Shown here in pieces: positions 50,697-58,896 of a stretch of 64,000 bases of DNA. A model generated the notes under the pieces. The model saw only the letters and a program-made list of their open reading frames with translations. It was not told the origin of the DNA and did not search any database. The position numbers and the translations under genes were made by a program. The DNA is from Actinomycetota bacterium. GTDB taxonomy: Bacteria; Actinomycetota; Coriobacteriia; Anaerosomatales; JAUXNU01. Position 1 is the stretch's first letter, and each line of letters starts with the position of its first letter. The stretch is taken from contig JAUXNU010000045.1 in assembly GCA_030682655.1 (NCBI GenBank), positions 9,909 through 73,908 of the forward strand. Direction: 5' to 3'.

Positions 50697-50845
50697 AGCA
50701 ACGGCTCAGGAGTCCCGCTTGGCTCCCGCCCTCACCCGACGCCGGAAGTCAGGGTTCACGCCGCTGCCGCCCCAGTTCGGGCAGTCATTCCGCAGTCCTT
50801 CCGCAGACCTCGGCCCCTCTTCGCCCCTTCAGCCCCTGTCGCGTA

Positions 50846-50918
50846 GCCGCAAAGGGCGTATGCGAAGAAGCCCGCCGGTATCCCGACGGGCTTCGGAGTT
50901 CTTTTGGTGGAGCCAAGG
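50846..50918. repeat. Proximal direct repeat (att-like) overlapping the 3' end of tRNA-Ala
   Basis: Partner of 41294..41366. Includes the hairpin GAAGCCCGCCGG-TATC-CCGACGGGCTTC (50867..50894) and the tRNA 3' terminus. Confidence 0.8.
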
Positions 50919-50980
50919 GGGATCGAACCCCTGACCTCATGGCTGCCAGCCATGCGCTCTCCCAGCTGAGCTATGGCCCC
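50905..50980 (-). tRNA. tRNA-Ala (anticodon GGC)
   Basis: Hand-folded cloverleaf. Acceptor GGGGCCA/TGGCTCC with the G3:U70 Ala identity pair, anticodon stem CATGG/CCATG with loop CTGGCAG, T arm AGGGG-TTCGATC-CCCCT, encoded CCA. Confidence 0.9.
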
Positions 50981-51110
50981 ACGTCTGGGCACCGCCTGAG
51001 CGGCAAGCGGTAGTATACCAGCACGTCACGGGCGGTCAAGCTAGCGCGTTGACTCGAGAAGAGTGTACTCGAAATCGATTCGATGCCTCACAAAAGAAGG
51101 TACTCGAACC

Positions 51111-51141
51111 GGCCCTTGCCGGATCGACCGGCGAAAGGGCC
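51111..51141. terminator. Hairpin between thiD and tRNA-Ala (candidate terminator)
   Basis: GGCCCTTgCCGG-ATCGA-CCGGcgAAAGGGCC. On the minus strand a T-rich run (TTCTTTTGT) follows only after ~12 nt. Confidence 0.3.
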
Positions 51142-51244
51142 CGAGGATGCCGCTATCAATGGCTCGCGTTGCCTCACCGGAAATGTACTCGAACGCGCTC
51201 GGTTGCGCCTTGAATCAGCCTGATGAGAATCGCTTGCAAGTAGG

Positions 51245-52072
51245 TCATCGCATGTATTCCCAAGGTTGAACGAGGCGCGCAAGGTCGACCTGCCAGCGCC
51301 CTTGGCCAATCGACCGTGCGCACCCGAGCAGGTCGCGCACGGTCGCGTGCGCTGCGGCGAGGGCATCGACCGGCGACAGCCTACGGGCCAGGTGGCACGC
51401 GAGCGCTGAGGAGAGCATACAGCCGGTTCCGCGGACATCGCCGACTCCGGCGACGAGCGGGTGCGTTGCGCACACGGCGCTCCCGTTCGCAAGCACAAGG
51501 ACATCGACTGCCTCAGCAGGGCTGCTACCCGGCAGCCCCGTCACGCACACCGCCGAGCCATAGCGAGATGCGAGCGTTCGCGCCGCCGCGACTGCGGCGT
51601 CCGCATTCGCAACGCCGTCGACGGCGGCGAGGTGCGCAGCCTCCTCGGCGTTGGGGGTGATGAGGGTTGAGACCCGCGCCACCATGTCCACCGCGCGCAC
51701 CGCGCCCTCGACAAGCGAACCGCCGCTCGAGCTTGCGAGCACCGGGTCCGAGACGACGGCGGGCAGGTCGGCGCGCACGAGCCACTCGCCGACGGCCAGA
51801 GCGAGCACGTCCGAGCCGAGTGCACCGACCTTCACGCACGAGAAGCTGCCCTCGGCAAGCACGGCTTCGAGCTGCGCGATGAGCGTCTCGGGCTCGACGG
51901 GCCAAGCACCAGCGAAGCTTGCCGAGTTCTGTGCGGTGACAGTGGTGACCACCACCGCGGGCTGATAGCCGAGGCGCGACATCACGAACGCGTCGAGGAG
52001 CACGCCCGCGCCCACCGAGGGGTCGAGCCCACCCACGGCGAGTGCTCGCGGCGCTGCGACTGGCGCGCTCAC
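51245..52072 (-). CDS. thiD: Hydroxymethylpyrimidine/phosphomethylpyrimidine kinase
   Basis: LAVGGLDPSVGAGVLLD, VKVGALGS, and C-terminal GTGCMLSSALA. GTG 52072 overlaps the thiC stop (GTGA). Confidence 0.88.
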   Translation of the reverse strand: MSAPVAAPRALAVGGLDPSVGAGVLLDAFVMSRLGYQPAVVVTTVTAQNSASFAGAWPVEPETLIAQLEAVLAEGSFSCVKVGALGSDVLALAVGEWLVRADLPAVVSDPVLASSSGGSLVEGAVRAVDMVARVSTLITPNAEEAAHLAAVDGVANADAAVAAARTLASRYGSAVCVTGLPGSSPAEAVDVLVLANGSAVCATHPLVAGVGDVRGTGCMLSSALACHLARRLSPVDALAAAHATVRDLLGCARSIGQGRWQVDLARLVQPWEYMR

Positions 52073-53361
52073 GCGAGGACCTCCGTGCTCGTCACGCGCA
52101 TCGAGCACAGTGGACCGCACATTGTGCATTCGCTCGCGTCACCAGCGTCGCTGTCGGCACGCATCTCGGCGGGCAAGGCCGGGTCGATTGCTAGCGCAAA
52201 CTGGCCGGGCCAGTCGAGCGCCTTGCGAGCGGTCGCCATCGCGTCGTCCCAGTCGCGCGCGCCGGGCAGCCCGGCCGCCACGTCGCCGGCGTGCGCGGCG
52301 ATGCGGCACGCGATCACGCCCTCTCGCACGTCGTCCGCGTCAGGCAGGCGCACGTGCTCGGCGCGCGTGACGTAGCACAGTAAATCGGCGCCCGACATCG
52401 CCGCAAGTGTTCCGCCGACCGCTGAGGTGATGTGGTCGTAGCCCGGCGCGACGTCGGTGACGAGCGGGCCGAGCACATACAGCGGCACGCCGTGGCACGC
52501 GCGCTTGATGGCGGTGATCTGTGCCGCGACCTCGTGCAGCGGTACGTGTCCCGGCCCCTCGACGATGACGCGAACCCCGGCGTCGCACGCTCGCTGAACC
52601 AGCCCGCCAAGCACCGCGACCTCCGTCATCTGGGCCTCGTCGCCGGCATCCGCCAAGCAGCCGGGCCGCATCGAATCGCCGAGGCTGAGCGTCACGCCGT
52701 ACTCCCGGCAAATCTCGAGCACCTCGTCGAAACGATCGTAGTATGGGTTCTCGGCGTCGTGGACGCGCATCCAGCACGCGAGCAGCGCCCCGCCTCGCGA
52801 GACGATGCCTATGCGCCGCCGTTCGATTGCGCCGGACGAGAGCTGGCTGCAAGTGATGGAGGCATGCACCGTCTGGAAGTCGACGCCCTCCTCGGCGTGG
52901 CGTCGGACAGCGCCGATGAGCGAGTCCGACGTCATTGCCGCAGGCCTGCCGCCAAGCTCGGCGGCCTTCACCGCAGCTTCGTACACCGGGACGGTGCCGA
53001 CCGGCACGTCGGCTCGCGCCAGCACGGCACTGCGCACAGCGCGGATGTCGCCGCCGGTCGAAAGGTCCATGACCGCATCGGCGCCGGCCACGATGGCGAC
53101 GTCGAGCTTGTCCAGCTCGCCAGCGAGATCGGACGAGAGCGCTGACGTGCCGAAGTTCGCGTTCACCTTCGTGCGCAACCCGGTCCCGACGACGCAGGCG
53201 CGAATCCGCCCGACCCGCGCATGCGAGCCGAGCACTGTCGCGCGACCGTCGAGCAGCAGCTCGCGCAAGGCGTCGGGCGTAGTGTGCTCCTCGGCGGCGA
53301 GGCGCCGAAGGACCACCTCCGGCGGGACGAGGGAGTCGTCGTGGGAACGGGTCGAGCTCAT
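52069..53361 (-). CDS. thiC: Phosphomethylpyrimidine synthase (short-form ThiC)
   Basis: KVNANFGTS, DLSTGG, VPVYEA, GIVSRGG, IEGPGHVPL, and the C-terminal cluster CTMCGPLCSM. Confidence 0.93.
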   Translation of the reverse strand: MSSTRSHDDSLVPPEVVLRRLAAEEHTTPDALRELLLDGRATVLGSHARVGRIRACVVGTGLRTKVNANFGTSALSSDLAGELDKLDVAIVAGADAVMDLSTGGDIRAVRSAVLARADVPVGTVPVYEAAVKAAELGGRPAAMTSDSLIGAVRRHAEEGVDFQTVHASITCSQLSSGAIERRRIGIVSRGGALLACWMRVHDAENPYYDRFDEVLEICREYGVTLSLGDSMRPGCLADAGDEAQMTEVAVLGGLVQRACDAGVRVIVEGPGHVPLHEVAAQITAIKRACHGVPLYVLGPLVTDVAPGYDHITSAVGGTLAAMSGADLLCYVTRAEHVRLPDADDVREGVIACRIAAHAGDVAAGLPGARDWDDAMATARKALDWPGQFALAIDPALPAEMRADSDAGDASECTMCGPLCSMRVTSTEVLA

Positions 53362-54026
53362 TGGGCACCTCCGGAGAAAGGGACGCTCGCCGCAATGTCA
53401 GCGAGACGGCGTGCTGCAGCGTGCGGATCCCGCGCGTGCGCGACGGCCGAGATCACGCATACCGCGTCGCCGCCGGCGGCCAGGACGTCAGCGGCGTTGC
53501 GCTCAGCGATTCCGCCGATCGCGGCAAGAGGCAGACCGACCGCCTCGCGGACGCGCCGCAGCCCGTCGAGGCCAATTGGCGGCACAGCGTCGTCCTTCGA
53601 CCCGGTCGCGAAAATCGGCCCGACGCCCAGGTAGTCGGCACCCAACGCCACGGCGACCATCGCCTCCTTCGCGGTCGAGACCGACACGCCGAGCAGCCCG
53701 CGCCCGCAAGCTCGCCACTCGTCGAGCGCCGAGAGGTCCGACTGCCCGAGGTGCAGGCCGTCGGCGCAGGCGGCCACAGCGAGAGCGGCGTCGTCGTTGA
53801 CGATGAACAGCGCCCCGAACGCGGAGCACACGTCGCGAACCGCGCGCGCAGCCTGAAGCCTACGGGCGTCGAAGCGCTTGTGACGGAACTGCACGATGCA
53901 AGCGCCGCCTGCCGCTGCATGCACCGCGAGCCCTTCGTGAGTGCGCCCCAACTCCGGCACGTCGGCGGTGACGAAATACAGACCGCGGATGACGTCGAAC
54001 GCTCGAGGGACGGCCTCCACGGTCAC
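53358..54026 (-). CDS. thiE: Thiamine-phosphate synthase
   Basis: LYFVTAD.., VQFRHK, FIVNDD, HLGQSD, GVGPIFATGSK, AIGGI. Confidence 0.9.
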   Translation of the reverse strand: MTVEAVPRAFDVIRGLYFVTADVPELGRTHEGLAVHAAAGGACIVQFRHKRFDARRLQAARAVRDVCSAFGALFIVNDDAALAVAACADGLHLGQSDLSALDEWRACGRGLLGVSVSTAKEAMVAVALGADYLGVGPIFATGSKDDAVPPIGLDGLRRVREAVGLPLAAIGGIAERNAADVLAAGGDAVCVISAVAHARDPHAAARRLADIAASVPFSGGAQ

Positions 54027-54841
54027 GCCGTCTCAATCCGGACGCTCGTCAGCGCGGTGGCGTCCAGCGCATCGAGCGCGTCGTAGAGGGCGGCGTGGAA
54101 CGTGCCCGGCCCCTGCGACCGGACTGCGGCGAGTTCGCCCGCCACTCCGAAGGCGGCGAGCGCCTCGGCAGCGGCGGCTGCGTAATCGGAGGCGACGGCG
54201 AGGAATGACGCGCACATCGTCGACGACATGCAACCCGAGCCGGTGATGCGGCCCATAAGCGGGTGACCGTTTGCCACGACAAAGACGCGCTCGGCGTCGG
54301 CGATGTGGTCGACCGCGCCGGTCACCGCGACGGCACAACCGTGCTGCCGAGCGAGCGCCTGTGCGGTCACCGCAGTTTCGCCTGCGACGCCCATGCACTC
54401 GACGCCGCGGATCTCGGCGGACTCGCCCGCGAGGAACGCGACCTCGGCGGCGTTGCCGCGCACGAGTGCGACATCGACCTCGACAAGGATACGGCGAGCG
54501 GCATCGTTGCGCAGCGCAGTCGCACCCGCACCGACCGGGTCGAATACCACCGGGACACCAGCTTCGTTGGCCGCGCGACCCGCAAGAACCATGGAGTCGA
54601 CGAGGCCCGGCCAGAGGGTACCGATGTTGAGCACCACGGCACCCGCCATCCGTGCGAACTCCTCGACCTCTTCGGGCGCGTGCGCCATGACCGGCAGCGC
54701 GCCGAGCGCCAGGATCGCATTCGCGGTCTCGTTCATCACCACGAAGTTGGTGATGTTGTGGATGAGCGGCTTGGCCTCGCGAATCGCCGAGAGGTGCTCG
54801 GCAGTCGAAGTGGCGTCGGGAACGGAGCGGTTCACACACAT
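54023..54841 (-). CDS. thiM: Hydroxyethylthiazole kinase
   Basis: PLIHNITNFVVMNETANAILALGALPVMA, VLNIGTL, VFDPVGAGAT, GSGCMSS. ATG 54841 lies after AGGAG. Confidence 0.9.
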   Translation of the reverse strand: MCVNRSVPDATSTAEHLSAIREAKPLIHNITNFVVMNETANAILALGALPVMAHAPEEVEEFARMAGAVVLNIGTLWPGLVDSMVLAGRAANEAGVPVVFDPVGAGATALRNDAARRILVEVDVALVRGNAAEVAFLAGESAEIRGVECMGVAGETAVTAQALARQHGCAVAVTGAVDHIADAERVFVVANGHPLMGRITGSGCMSSTMCASFLAVASDYAAAAAEALAAFGVAGELAAVRSQGPGTFHAALYDALDALDATALTSVRIETA

Positions 54842-54864
54842 GTCGTGACTCCTCTTGTCGCGGT

Positions 54865-55011
54865 AAACAAAAAGGCCGCCTCCACGTGAAGACGGCCTAC
54901 GAGCACTTCCCTGCGCTGGAATTACCCAGGGCGCGTCGCCGCGCCGAACAGGTTCGAACGGTCGAAGGGTGACCCCCTTCCTCTCAGCCGCATGTCCAGC
55001 AGCTCCCGTAG
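54865..55011 (-). promoter_or_regulatory. TPP (THI-box) riboswitch with intrinsic-terminator expression platform
   Basis: Minus-strand reading: CUACGGGAGC..CUGAGAGG..ACCCUUCG..GAACCUG..UGGGUAAUUCCAGCGCAGGGAAGUGCUCGUAG. P1 is CTAC..GAGC / GCTC-GTAG. It is followed by the hairpin GGCCGTC..GGCGGCC and UUUUUGUUU. Sits directly upstream of thiM. Confidence 0.88.
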
Positions 55012-55066
55012 GCATATGCGGTTGTGCACGCATCGTAGTGTATGCGCGCACGGCGACGCAACGGGG

Positions 55067-56041
55067 CTACCGACCTGCTGACCGAGAGACCCTCGAGCGT
55101 GGTCCGCCCTTGGCAGTCTCGATTACCGACACGCTCGGACCCTCGATTGCCGGTTCAAGCACCACCTTCCCGTGCGCGTCGGACTTCGCGCCGACCATCT
55201 CAGCCAGTATCATGCCGCCAAGGATGAGCGCGGCACCTGCAAGTCCCGAAAGCCCGAGAGCCTCGCCGGCAAGCCAACCGAACAGACCGCCGAATGCTGG
55301 CTCGGAGATCAGGATCAGTGCGGTGCGCGCTGGCGGGATGTGTCGCTGCGCGTAGGTTTGCACTGCGAACGCCACCGCTGAGGCCAGGACGCCGGTCACA
55401 ACAAGCGCGATCCAGATGCTGGTGTCGGTCGGAAGGCCCGGGCGCTCGATAGCGAGAGAAACCCCTCCGCACACCACGCCAGTCGTCGCAAGCTGCACGA
55501 GTGTTAGCGCACCCACGTCGTGATCGCGCCCGACGCTCCCGAGCACGATCATGTGCGCCGAATACGCCACCGCACACAAGAACACCCTCGTGTCGCCGGC
55601 GGTCCACCCGCCTCCGGATCCACCGGACAGCAACCACAGGCCACCGACCGCCAGCACGACACCGACCACGGTCGCCCAACCGGGTACTCGCCGTAGAAGC
55701 ACGGCCTGCATCACCGGCGTGATCACCACGAACATCCCGGTGATGAAGGCAGCTTTGCTCGCGGTGGTCCCCTGGAGTCCCCAGGTCTGAAACACGTAGC
55801 CCGCGCACAGAAACGCACCGGCCACCAGTCCAACACCCACCGTCCGTGCACTGAGGCGCATGATGGACTTCGGGAACAGCACGACGAACGCCGCCACGGC
55901 TATCGCAAAGCGCAAGCCAAGGAACCCGTATACCGGGTAGAGCGCGACTGCGTCCTTCACCATGACGAAAGTCGCGCCCCAAACCATCGCGACGCCTGCT
56001 AGAGCGAACTGGATCCAGTAGCGCCTGTGGGCCGAGGCCAC
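55067..56041 (-). CDS. EamA/DMT-family transporter
   Basis: Ten hydrophobic helices in two EamA-like halves (WGATFVMVKD.., ..LISEPAFGGLFGWL). Confidence 0.8.
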   Translation of the reverse strand: MASAHRRYWIQFALAGVAMVWGATFVMVKDAVALYPVYGFLGLRFAIAVAAFVVLFPKSIMRLSARTVGVGLVAGAFLCAGYVFQTWGLQGTTASKAAFITGMFVVITPVMQAVLLRRVPGWATVVGVVLAVGGLWLLSGGSGGGWTAGDTRVFLCAVAYSAHMIVLGSVGRDHDVGALTLVQLATTGVVCGGVSLAIERPGLPTDTSIWIALVVTGVLASAVAFAVQTYAQRHIPPARTALILISEPAFGGLFGWLAGEALGLSGLAGAALILGGMILAEMVGAKSDAHGKVVLEPAIEGPSVSVIETAKGGPRSRVSRSAGR

Positions 56042-56044
56042 CCG

Positions 56045-56476
56045 CTATACCTCGGTTTCTGCGGGTGTGGGCGCCTTGGCAGGTATCGGCACCGGTCCTG
56101 TCACGCTCTCGGGCAACTCAAGGGACTTCGCCTCGCCCCACAGCTTCTCCAGTCGATAGAAGTCGCGCTCGGCAGGCTGGAACACGTGCACCACAACGTC
56201 GACGAAGTCGAGGAGGAGCCATTTGCCTTCCTCCCTGCCCTCGATGCCGATGGCAGGAAGCCCTGCCTGCTTGAGCTTGGACTCCACCTCGTCGGCTATC
56301 GTGCGGACCTGCCGGTCGTTGTTGCCGGTACAGATCACGAAGTAGTCGGTCACCACGAGCAGTTCGGCCACGTCGATCGCGACGATGTCGGCTGCCTTCT
56401 TGTCTGATGCGGCCTCTGCAGCCAGCAACGCGTAGTCCTTCGAATTCAGTTCGATCGCCCTCTTTCTGTCAGTCAC
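56045..56476 (-). CDS. rsfS: Ribosome silencing factor RsfS (iojap)
   Basis: KKAADIVAIDV..TDYFVICTGNNDRQVRTIADEV..WLLLDFVDVVVHVF..R.FY.LE.LW. Confidence 0.92.
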   Translation of the reverse strand: MTDRKRAIELNSKDYALLAAEAASDKKAADIVAIDVAELLVVTDYFVICTGNNDRQVRTIADEVESKLKQAGLPAIGIEGREEGKWLLLDFVDVVVHVFQPAERDFYRLEKLWGEAKSLELPESVTGPVPIPAKAPTPAETEV

Positions 56477-57699
56477 TCGGTCGCCCCCGCGGGCGGCTTG
56501 TAGTCTTTCCCGATGATCACGATCACGTCCGCGACTTTCTGATCCGCCGGCTGCACGGTCACGACACCCGCACCAAGGACGCGTTTGATCTCCTCGCCGA
56601 GCGCTCCGTCACCGTTCTGGACGATAACCTGCGTCTTCGTGTAGTCGAACCGGTCTGCATTCTTCGTGTCCACGACACGCACACCGTTGCGAATGAGCTG
56701 CTGCGCGGCCCTTCCGGCCACGCCTGGAGTTCCCGATCCGTTGTAGATGATCGCGCGCGTCGCATTGTCGGTGTCTGATATAGAGACGCCCCACCACTGC
56801 TCGACAAGATCTGAGACCTCGGCGCGCTGCGGCTCGAAGTACGTCTGCGCCCCGAGTGTGATGGGCTTGACCGGCATCGGCACCAACGCCACACCATCGG
56901 AGGGGGCGGCATCGAGCGCCGCTATCCAGCGCTCCTTCTCCTCGGTGCCCAGGTTCGATACCGAGGTCTCGTTCATGATCCCCACCATGCTCTGGGAGGT
57001 CAGTGCCGTCTGGTACGCCTCCGGCGTGATCTCGACGTACGTGTTGAACGGCACGGTGAAGAAGTTGGTCGCCGCAGCAAGGGAGACATCGGGGCCGGCC
57101 TGGTACGAGTCGCCGATACGCTCGAATCCCTGACCCGGAACCTCGATGAACGCCGCATCGGGGATGGCGATCCCGTAGATCATCTTCTGCTCCGGGTCGA
57201 CGCGAACCGCCAAGAAACCCGTCGCCGACCCGTTCTCGACAGCGATGAACAGCAGGTTCTCCTTGGCCTTCTCGAGCAAGGCCTCGGGAGAGCTCTCGCG
57301 TTGGGCCCTGCGTTCGGCATTCCAACGCGCGACCGAGTTGATACCGGTGAACACCAGGACAAACGCCAGAACGACTACCACCAGCCCCACCAGCGTCACG
57401 CCGGCCAGGTACGATGCGTCCTGAACGGCACGGCCCGCTCTGCCGGCAGCTTCTGAGATCTTCTCGCGTTTCTCGTGGACCTTGGCCTGTCGTCGGACCC
57501 TCTTCCGGGTCTTCGAGCCGCGCCGCGTCGTCCTCCATCCGCTCGGCACCGCCGGACCCGCTGTCGGGCGCTTCGCGCGCCGAGGAGGCTCATCGCGTGC
57601 GTCGCGCTCATCGTCTTCCGACTCGTCGCCTGTCAGCTCGTCGCCAGTCAGCTCCCATTCCTCTTCACGGGGGAGGTCGTTGTCGCGGTCTCGACTCAT
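56473..57699 (-). CDS. LytR_C-domain / LCP-like membrane-anchored protein with charged cytoplasmic tail
   Basis: Acidic/basic N-tail, one TM (LAGVTLVGLVVVVLAFVLVF), and a C-terminal LytR_C-like block RAIIYNGSGTPGVAGRAAQQLIRNGVRVVDTKNADRFDYTKTQVIV. ATG 57699 overlaps the yqeK stop (ATGA). Confidence 0.65.
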   Translation of the reverse strand: MSRDRDNDLPREEEWELTGDELTGDESEDDERDARDEPPRRAKRPTAGPAVPSGWRTTRRGSKTRKRVRRQAKVHEKREKISEAAGRAGRAVQDASYLAGVTLVGLVVVVLAFVLVFTGINSVARWNAERRAQRESSPEALLEKAKENLLFIAVENGSATGFLAVRVDPEQKMIYGIAIPDAAFIEVPGQGFERIGDSYQAGPDVSLAAATNFFTVPFNTYVEITPEAYQTALTSQSMVGIMNETSVSNLGTEEKERWIAALDAAPSDGVALVPMPVKPITLGAQTYFEPQRAEVSDLVEQWWGVSISDTDNATRAIIYNGSGTPGVAGRAAQQLIRNGVRVVDTKNADRFDYTKTQVIVQNGDGALGEEIKRVLGAGVVTVQPADQKVADVIVIIGKDYKPPAGATE

Positions 57700-58277
57700 G
57701 GCGTGTCCTCGGAAACGATCGCGTTCCATGCCTCGACGGTGCCGGGGTGCAGGTGGCGACGCGTGCGGATCAGGTGGATGAGCGACGCCTCATACGCCCT
57801 CGCGTATAGCTCCGCCAAGGAGACCTCACTCGCAGCCAGACGCAGGTCATCGACGCCTTCGAACGTCCGACCAGGTTCGATGAGATCTGCCACGTAGACC
57901 ACGCGGTCGAGATCGCTCATGTCCACCGCTCCGAGCGTGTGCCGCTCAATGGCGCGCACGACCTCCTTGGCAAGGCCGGGAAACTCGGCATGTACCGCCG
58001 CAGCACCCAGTCGCGCATGCAACAGGTACGGGACCGTGCGATCGATGTCGCTCACGGGAATCCCCGCAGCATTCGCTTCTTCGAGGAGTCGCTCGCGGCC
58101 GTCCTCGCGGGCCCAGTCGTGCAGCAGCCCGGCGATGCGGGCATCCTCTGCATCAACGCCATGGCGCGCGGCGAGCATCGCGGCGGTCTCGGCCACTCCG
58201 ACGCAGTGGGCGAGCGCCTCAGGCCCTAGGCGACATGCGAGCACTTCGCGAGCGACCTGGTAGTCTGGGCCCGCCAT
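57696..58277 (-). CDS. yqeK: HD-domain bis(5'-nucleosyl)-tetraphosphatase YqeK
   Basis: HCVGVAETA..GLLHDWARE..HARLGA. Lies directly downstream of nadD. Confidence 0.85.
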   Translation of the reverse strand: MAGPDYQVAREVLACRLGPEALAHCVGVAETAAMLAARHGVDAEDARIAGLLHDWAREDGRERLLEEANAAGIPVSDIDRTVPYLLHARLGAAAVHAEFPGLAKEVVRAIERHTLGAVDMSDLDRVVYVADLIEPGRTFEGVDDLRLAASEVSLAELYARAYEASLIHLIRTRRHLHPGTVEAWNAIVSEDTP

Positions 58278-58278
58278 G

Positions 58279-58896
58279 CTAGAAGGCCTCCCGGTAGAGC
58301 CGGTACTTCTCGATGTAGGCGACTACCGGCTCGGGCAAGAGATAGCGCACCGGGCGTCTCTCTGCGCGGCGCTGACGGATGTCAGTCGAGGAGATCGCGA
58401 GAGCGGGCACCTCGATGAACTCTATGCGCAGCTGCTGGAGTGTTTCCGCGTGCTGCTCTCGGGCGGCATCCAGGTCGTATCCGGGCCGCGTTGCCGCGAT
58501 GAACGTGCACAACCCGGCGAACGCCTCTGCATCCTTCCAGGTCACTATCTCCCATACCGCGTCGGCGCCCGTGATGAAGAAGAGCTCCGTGCCCGGCCCC
58601 GACGCATCGCGCATCGCTTTGAGCGTGTCGACAGTGTAGGTTGTGCCCGGACGCTCGATCTCCATGCGCGAGACTTCGAAATCCGGGTTTGCCGCCGTAG
58701 CGATAACGGTCATGAGATATCGATGCTCTGCGGACGTGACCTGCTGGTGCGTCTTGCGCGCGGGCTGACCGGTGGGCATGAAGACGACCTTGTCCAGGTT
58801 GAACTGGACGAGGGCCTCTTCGGCCGTCACCAGATGGCCGAAGTGAATGGGATCGAACGTCCCACCCATTATGCCGAGGCGCGCCTTCGTTCTCAC
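58279..58896 (-). CDS. nadD: Nicotinate-nucleotide adenylyltransferase
   Basis: GIMGGTFDPIHFGHL (HxGH) and ISSTDIR (SxTxxR). Confidence 0.93.
   Translation of the reverse strand: MRTKARLGIMGGTFDPIHFGHLVTAEEALVQFNLDKVVFMPTGQPARKTHQQVTSAEHRYLMTVIATAANPDFEVSRMEIERPGTTYTVDTLKAMRDASGPGTELFFITGADAVWEIVTWKDAEAFAGLCTFIAATRPGYDLDAAREQHAETLQQLRIEFIEVPALAISSTDIRQRRAERRPVRYLLPEPVVAYIEKYRLYREAF

Larger units (their letters stand above)
41294..50918. mobile_element. ~9.6 kb integrase-less genomic (defence) island inserted at the 3' end of tRNA-Ala(GGC)
   Basis: Bounded by 73-bp imperfect direct repeats sharing the terminal 13 nt of the tRNA. Cargo is a Zn-ribbon ORF, Mrr, a Type IIG-like fusion and two NTase modules. 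No recombinase is seen between the repeats. Confidence 0.7.

Noticed and set aside
51063-51269. 68-aa ORF between tRNA-Ala and thiD.
   Set aside because: It has no RBS and overlaps the thiD 3' end. The repeated GTACTCGAA motif falls in different frames, and the sequence looks non-coding.
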